NCBI GenBank assembly: GCA_029953675.1
Contig: JAMWBK010000007.1
Span: 1,488,001 to 1,552,000, forward strand
Source of the DNA: Rhodosorus marinus CCMP1338
Taxonomy: Eukaryota > Plantae > Rhodophyta
Direction: 5' to 3'
DNA length: 64,000 bases
Shown here: piece by piece, positions 59,006 through 64,000 of the stretch
Layout of the letters: every line of letters starts with the position of its first letter
Position numbering within the stretch: position 1 is the stretch's first letter
Notes under the pieces: model-generated
Database searches by the model: none
What the model was told of the DNA's origin: nothing
The model's input: only the letters and a program-made list of their open reading frames with translations
Made by a program: the position numbers and the translations under genes

Positions 59006-61879
59006 TGGTGCTTGTTAGGATTCCTCGTTATAATCTTCCGTGTCGTTCTTCCCCCCTGTGCTCTTGAGTGCTTGTCTTTCTTCTCTCGCGGCAGAGGTGC
59101 AAAAGCGTAGCCACGAGCCATTATATAGCCTTTCAGCTATACAGTCGTTCGGATTATCCTCCATTAACCCCGACGCCGATCTACACATGCTTTCCAAAGA
59201 GCATGGCCAGGATCTCCGATCCTGTAATCGACGGGCTTCTTCGAGGGTTTTCAAATTTTCATCAAACCGTGAGTCTCTTCCCTTCACGTACTTCGCCCAG
59301 AATGAGATAGTATACCGTCCAGAAGATTTCCCCGTCTCTCATCAAGGTAATGAATGGCCAAGGTTGCTTCCTTCAAGCAACGCCCAACTCCATTTCGAGC
59401 TTGTCCTTGTTCGTATCTCGGCAGTATCTCAGAACATCGAGCAGACGATCTCATCCCCCCCATTCCGAACCTATGGTTGAGCATTTTCAAGCCGCCAAAG
59501 CTTTTCCGCGCACATACCATCGAGGTCCATTTCCATGAACCTTAATGAGCCGTTTCAAAGCACCCAAGCAGCCCAATCTCAATTCAATCTAGTTTCGCGA
59601 AAACCGAAACGGGTTGCCTTTCTGACAAATCTTAACAAACAAAAAAATAACAGCAGAGCTCGTTCCCACGGCGGTACACTTTCACGCTGAAGCACTTAAC
59701 TAAACAGAGACGACAATCACCTTCTTTAACGGTGGAAAGATCATCGATTCCTTCACATCTGCCACCAAGCCATTCCCCACCCATCCAATTGGATTCCCCA
59801 GACCAATTCCTGGTCGTTCCTGCTTTGCATTTCAGTTACAAAATTAACCAATAGAAACCTAGTCAGGAATACTTTTGTCCACAAAATCAGCGTTTGGAGA
59901 AGTAGACTAATTTGTATCAAATTATGAGTTAGTAGTAATAAATATTGGAAGTGTTTAGGCGATTAGTTGAAACTGAAACTTTATTGGATATGTTCGGTAG
60001 ATATTTTTGAAATAGTTCGAGGTTCGTTGGGAATTGATTTTGCCATATCAAAAAAAATGTAAATTGATTCAGCCCATTCCAATTTCCGATTTCATTCAGC
60101 TCGGCGGTGGGCAGAATGGTGCGATTCCCCCCGGCCTCATCCCGTCCACCCAACCCGACATCAATGTTCACGATCCGTTGTCTTTTGGTTGAACTCATCC
60201 TGGCTAATATCTTAGACCGCTCTGTTCTTTATTGAAGGACAACCTGCAGAGTCGGGAGTGTTCTACTCTGTTTGGAGTCGGTTGCACTGTTGAATTACTG
60301 ACATTGGAATTCGTGATATCTTGCTTGAAGAAGACGCATGTCACTGCATTCTTCTAACCTATCCTTGGATGTAGGGATTCTGTGAAGACGCCAACGGAGC
60401 CGATTCTTGTGGTGGAAGGTCCCTCCGCAGATTGCAAAGACTTTCAAAGTTTCCCCTTAGATGGGAAACTTGCTCGCCGCATCCCTTGAATCGGTTATTT
60501 GCAAGGAAATGTTTTGCCTTGGACGCCACGGGCAGACCATTAGAATGGAATTCTGAGGTCTGAGGTGGTTTGATAGGGCTTATATCTGCTGCAGCGTCAA
60601 ACGACTGGAACAGCATGTCCAACATTACTCCGTGAAGAGATCGGTGCCACTCTGCCATATTGGAAAACCGTTTTGAGATTCCATTCAAGATATTGATGAA
60701 TTTTTGATTATTTCCGTCGCAAGCTAATTCTCGCTGTGTGGCTGAAGACTTGGTGGACTAGAGGCCTGGCTTGTGCAATTTTCATCATCAATCGCTTGCA
60801 AATGTTCGTGCCAGGAGGACCTCCCTCCCCTGAAGGCAACTGTAGCGGCATAGATCAGTTCATCCGGGAATGCGTTGAGGACTGTTCAAGGTGGATAGCG
60901 AGGGAGTGCGCGGGGGACAATGCCACGGTTAACTAGCCCAATGCGGAATCCAGCAGCAATTAACTTTGCTCTGCAGCCTACGAAAGCGCTGGTCCTGCTC
61001 GCAAACATCTACAATGCACGATCGCCGTTTCCAATTTTCCTGCGTCCTGTCACACGCTAGGGCCAACCTCTCGTAACTTGGCAACAGGCTTTGTAAACCG
61101 TGGCATCTGATAGCCTCATGTTGGGGCGCCTGCCGCGATGCGCAACCTGAGAGTACTGAGCACGTCCCATCGCAATTCGTCAAAAAACTGGTAAAATCAA
61201 AATAACGTCTAGGATTGAATTTATTCGTTTCCGCGAAGATGTCCAATTGAAAACAGGTACATTCCAATGCTACAATTTATTTAATAATTGAATCTCATCT
61301 TCCATTAAATCCATGGAAATTAGATCAAAACGCCTCTTCGATATCCGCTTAGCAGATATTATGAATTTTATCAGAATTATTAATAAAAACACCTCAAAAC
61401 TCTTCACGATACTTTAGAATGATATCCAATTAATTACGACTTCGTTCGAGAAAATCTCAAAAAAAAGGTTTTTATTTTTATGTATTTATGATTTTCGGAA
61501 TAATATCTCCACATATTATTAGAATTAAATTTTGTGTGGAGATAATTGATTGAGTCTTGTCTGCGAACGGACACCACATCGTCAGCGAGGTGGGGGGGAT
61601 AGAGGTTTACACACATTGCTAGGCTCTCAGATATCTCATGATGAGAGACCTCTCACTGCAAGGTTTCTCAATTCTCGCGCTGTCCACGTTCTGACGCAGA
61701 TAGCCACTGTTGGGGTAGTGTGAGATGGACTAAGTGTTTTTTGGGCGATATATTTCGATGACCAAAGCGTATTAGAGAGCCAGTGCGTGACCGGCTATGC
61801 TTCCGCCCCATGTGAGTGAGATAGGTCAGAAGCAGTTTATCACTAGTAAGGGGATCGTTTCAACATAATATCATCAAAG

Positions 61880-62173
61880 ATGGCGTTTGTATCTGGGAAT
61901 GGCTTTGTGGGGAAAACTTTGGCGGGTAGGGCGCAAACATGCAAGAGGACTGGCGCTGCCGCCATGAAGATGGCCCTGGAGAATGATAACAGGATTATAG
62001 TCACATTGGACGATCTGAAGAGGGATGAGAAGCGCAAAGGATGGACGTTCTACAGCGAAGCTTGGAATGGAAGACTGGCTATGTTGGGGCTGATGATCGC
62101 TATCGGGACTGAACAAATCAACCCGGCCCATCCAACCATTATTCACCAGCTCGGAGCGCTTGTTGGTCAGTAG
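61880..62173 (+). CDS. One-helix LHC-like protein (HLIP/OHP), copy 6
   Basis: MAFVSGNGFVG.., GWTFYSEAWNGRLAMLGLMIAIGTEQ. Confidence 0.9.
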   Translation: MAFVSGNGFVGKTLAGRAQTCKRTGAAAMKMALENDNRIIVTLDDLKRDEKRKGWTFYSEAWNGRLAMLGLMIAIGTEQINPAHPTIIHQLGALVGQ

Positions 62174-62820
62174 ATGGCCACACTGTGACTCGCCGGGACT
62201 GTACAACGCTCCAGATTCGTACATGATGTCCAGTTCGTGCATAAGCAGCTAAACGAACAAGAGAACGGATACAGGTGTAGATAAAACATATTTGTGCATT
62301 GTCAATAAAATTGAATTTTTAAGAAAAATTGGTTCAAACGTCAAAACTACTGAAACGAAAGCCTATCGTACCAGGAGTCTTTTGCAAGTGACGGATCTAG
62401 AATCTCCTGTAGGCAAGGAAAGATCGTCCACGGAACCCACGAGATATGCCGCAAGCCCCCATTGTTTGCTCGCAAAACACGTATGTGAGTCCACCACCCC
62501 CTCGTTGAGGAGTCACCCTTCGGACAAAAAAAGGTCAATGACATATGGAAATGGTGTAGACAGCATACATATCATTAATACACTGGAGGGGGAATGCGCG
62601 TCTTGACAGCTCTTTAAGAACCTCGCTCTCGCTCCCAATCGTCCTCCACACTAAGCAAGATTTTTCATCATCGACCTTTGAATCGCGTAGTTCTATCTTC
62701 GTACTCCTCCAGATCCAATGAAAAAAGCTCGTGTCCTTTTCCGGGCGGGTTGACGTTCAACTGGTCTGAGGATGTATGGGAGAAGGCAGTCAGTTCGACT
62801 GACTTCTCCTTCATCCATCT

Positions 62821-63441
62821 AAGTAACCCAAATAGCGCTCCTCCTACCGGTACCTAGTAAGCTCAATCCCACCAACCATCCACCCAGGTTGCAATTATAA
62901 GCAAAGGACAGCTGTCCATCAGGGTTTCTAGATTAGGGGATTTGGTGCTCAGGGTCTTTTGAGGCGACGTGAGGCACGAAGGAGGCTAGCGATACGCTCA
63001 AAAATTTCCTTCAACAGCTAATCTACCCACCTAGCGTTCCTGCTTCCATTGTAAAGTAAGGCCAAATAAGAGTAACCCCAAATAATAGACCCGCTGTTAG
63101 CCGGACGGACTTCGAACAGCAAGACGAGGTTGCATCTCAGGCTAGGGTTTCTGGGCGGGGTTTTTGATGACAGGGTGTTTCTGATTTAAATTGAAAAACA
63201 GCTTGGGCCTAAATTACGCCCAGCTCTCCTTCAACATCTAATCAACCAACCTAGCACTCCCCCTACCAGTGCCGCCGAGTAAGTTCAATCCCAACAACCG
63301 TCCGCCCCCATGTCGCAACTATAAGTCAAGGACAGCTGTCCGCTAGGCTGAGGGGGATTTTTTGCGGTCGGGGTGCTTTTGAGGCAACCTGATACATGAA
63401 GGAGGCTAGTGATCCACTGAAATCTCCTTGAAGCCCTAATC
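62821..63441 (+). repeat. About 200-bp degenerate direct repeat, two copies about 420 bp apart
   Basis: agtaag.tcaatccca.caacc.tcc..cc...gt.gcaa.tataag..aaggacagctgtcc...aggg...tttgaggc.ac.tga..ca.gaaggaggctag.gat at about 62821-63023 and 63245-63441. Confidence 0.85.
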
Positions 63442-63667
63442 AACACACCTCAAACTCCTCTGACGAGTGCCAAGTAAAGCCAACACGGTCCCACTGCTCG
63501 TCCCGCCATGCGCAAAGCGATAGCCACACGATCTCGAGGAGATGCCATTGTGACAACACTAAGTCGTTTGTGAAGTCTGTTTTTGGGGAGGTTTGAGTTG
63601 GGAGATGGGATGAGACTTCTTTTGCTGAGGAAGAAAACGATCCTGATGGTGTAAATTTCGTTTCAAT

Positions 63668-64000
63668 ATGAGTCAATTTGAAGGCTTTCGTGGCGGTAAT
63701 GCCGGTGTTGGGGTTGAAACGGGAGGATTTGGAATTCGACCGTACAAGATCGCGGTGATCGCTTGGGAGAGTCTTCATGGGGTTGCTGTCGGATCCGTTT
63801 CGGTTCACGTGAGCTACCTGGCTGAGAACCTCGTGCAAAGAGGTCATGAGGTTCACCTCTTCGTCAGAAGGGCGCCGCAGCAGTCTGAATATGAGAACGT
63901 TCATGGAGTTCATTACCATAGAGTTTATTCCACTTACGACAGAGATTTCGTCACGGAGGTTTCGAATCTGGTGAGGCAAAACGAAAAGAGAATAATGGGA
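63668..64000 (+). CDS. GT4 (GT-B fold) glycosyltransferase, N-terminal exon, truncated by the window end
   Basis: Not in the ORF track. YKIAVIAWESLHGVAVGSVSVHVSYLAENLVQRGHEVHLFVRR..EYENVHGVHYHRV..DFVTEVSNL|gtgagg (donor at 63971). Confidence 0.8.
   Translation, partial: MSQFEGFRGGNAGVGVETGGFGIRPYKIAVIAWESLHGVAVGSVSVHVSYLAENLVQRGHEVHLFVRRAPQQSEYENVHGVHYHRVYSTYDRDFVTEVSNLVRQNEKRIMG

Noticed and set aside
59015-59520. Two short overlapping minus-strand ORFs upstream of HLIP copy 5
   Set aside because: They overlap the copy-5 TATA box and leader, have no motifs and use GTG starts. Probably promoter or UTR sequence.
1-64000. CRISPR arrays, rRNA, tRNA, spliceosomal snRNA, intact mobile elements
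   Set aside because: No regular repeat-spacer array, no conserved rRNA, U2 or U6 signatures, and no transposase, integrase or RT motifs were seen by eye. Infernal and tRNAscan-SE runs would be needed to be definitive.

Overview
Gene-dense eukaryotic nuclear DNA, most likely from a red alga. This is inferred from short GT-AG introns of about 80-150 nt, 'MAFV..'-type plastid transit peptides and cyanobacteria-derived genes. Positions 1-49.3 kb hold about 25 mostly spliced housekeeping or regulatory genes: dephospho-CoA kinase, CobW GTPase, mito uL4, PRPP synthetase, BDP1, PAM18, an FBPase-like protein, an RVE-type MYB, metaxin, DUF3110, PAP2, BRCA1/BARD1-like, TMEM184, family-4 UDG and GATA. 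Divergent gene pairs are separated by AT-rich islands. From about 51 to 63.5 kb the region is a gene-poor, duplication-rich zone with six intronless plastid-targeted one-helix (HLIP/OHP) genes in mixed orientation plus several non-coding direct repeats. A GT4 glycosyltransferase is cut by the window end. The most interesting items are the six-copy HLIP array, a plastid-targeted family-4 uracil-DNA glycosylase lacking its four Fe-S cysteines, a DUF5522-like/DnaJ-zinc-finger fusion, an FBPase-like protein with an altered substrate pocket, a three-copy hairpin repeat and a perfect 17-bp palindrome. Exon structures were assembled by eye from frame continuity and splice signals. No database searches were run, so family names rest on motif recognition. 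No tRNA, rRNA, CRISPR array or intact transposon was seen.
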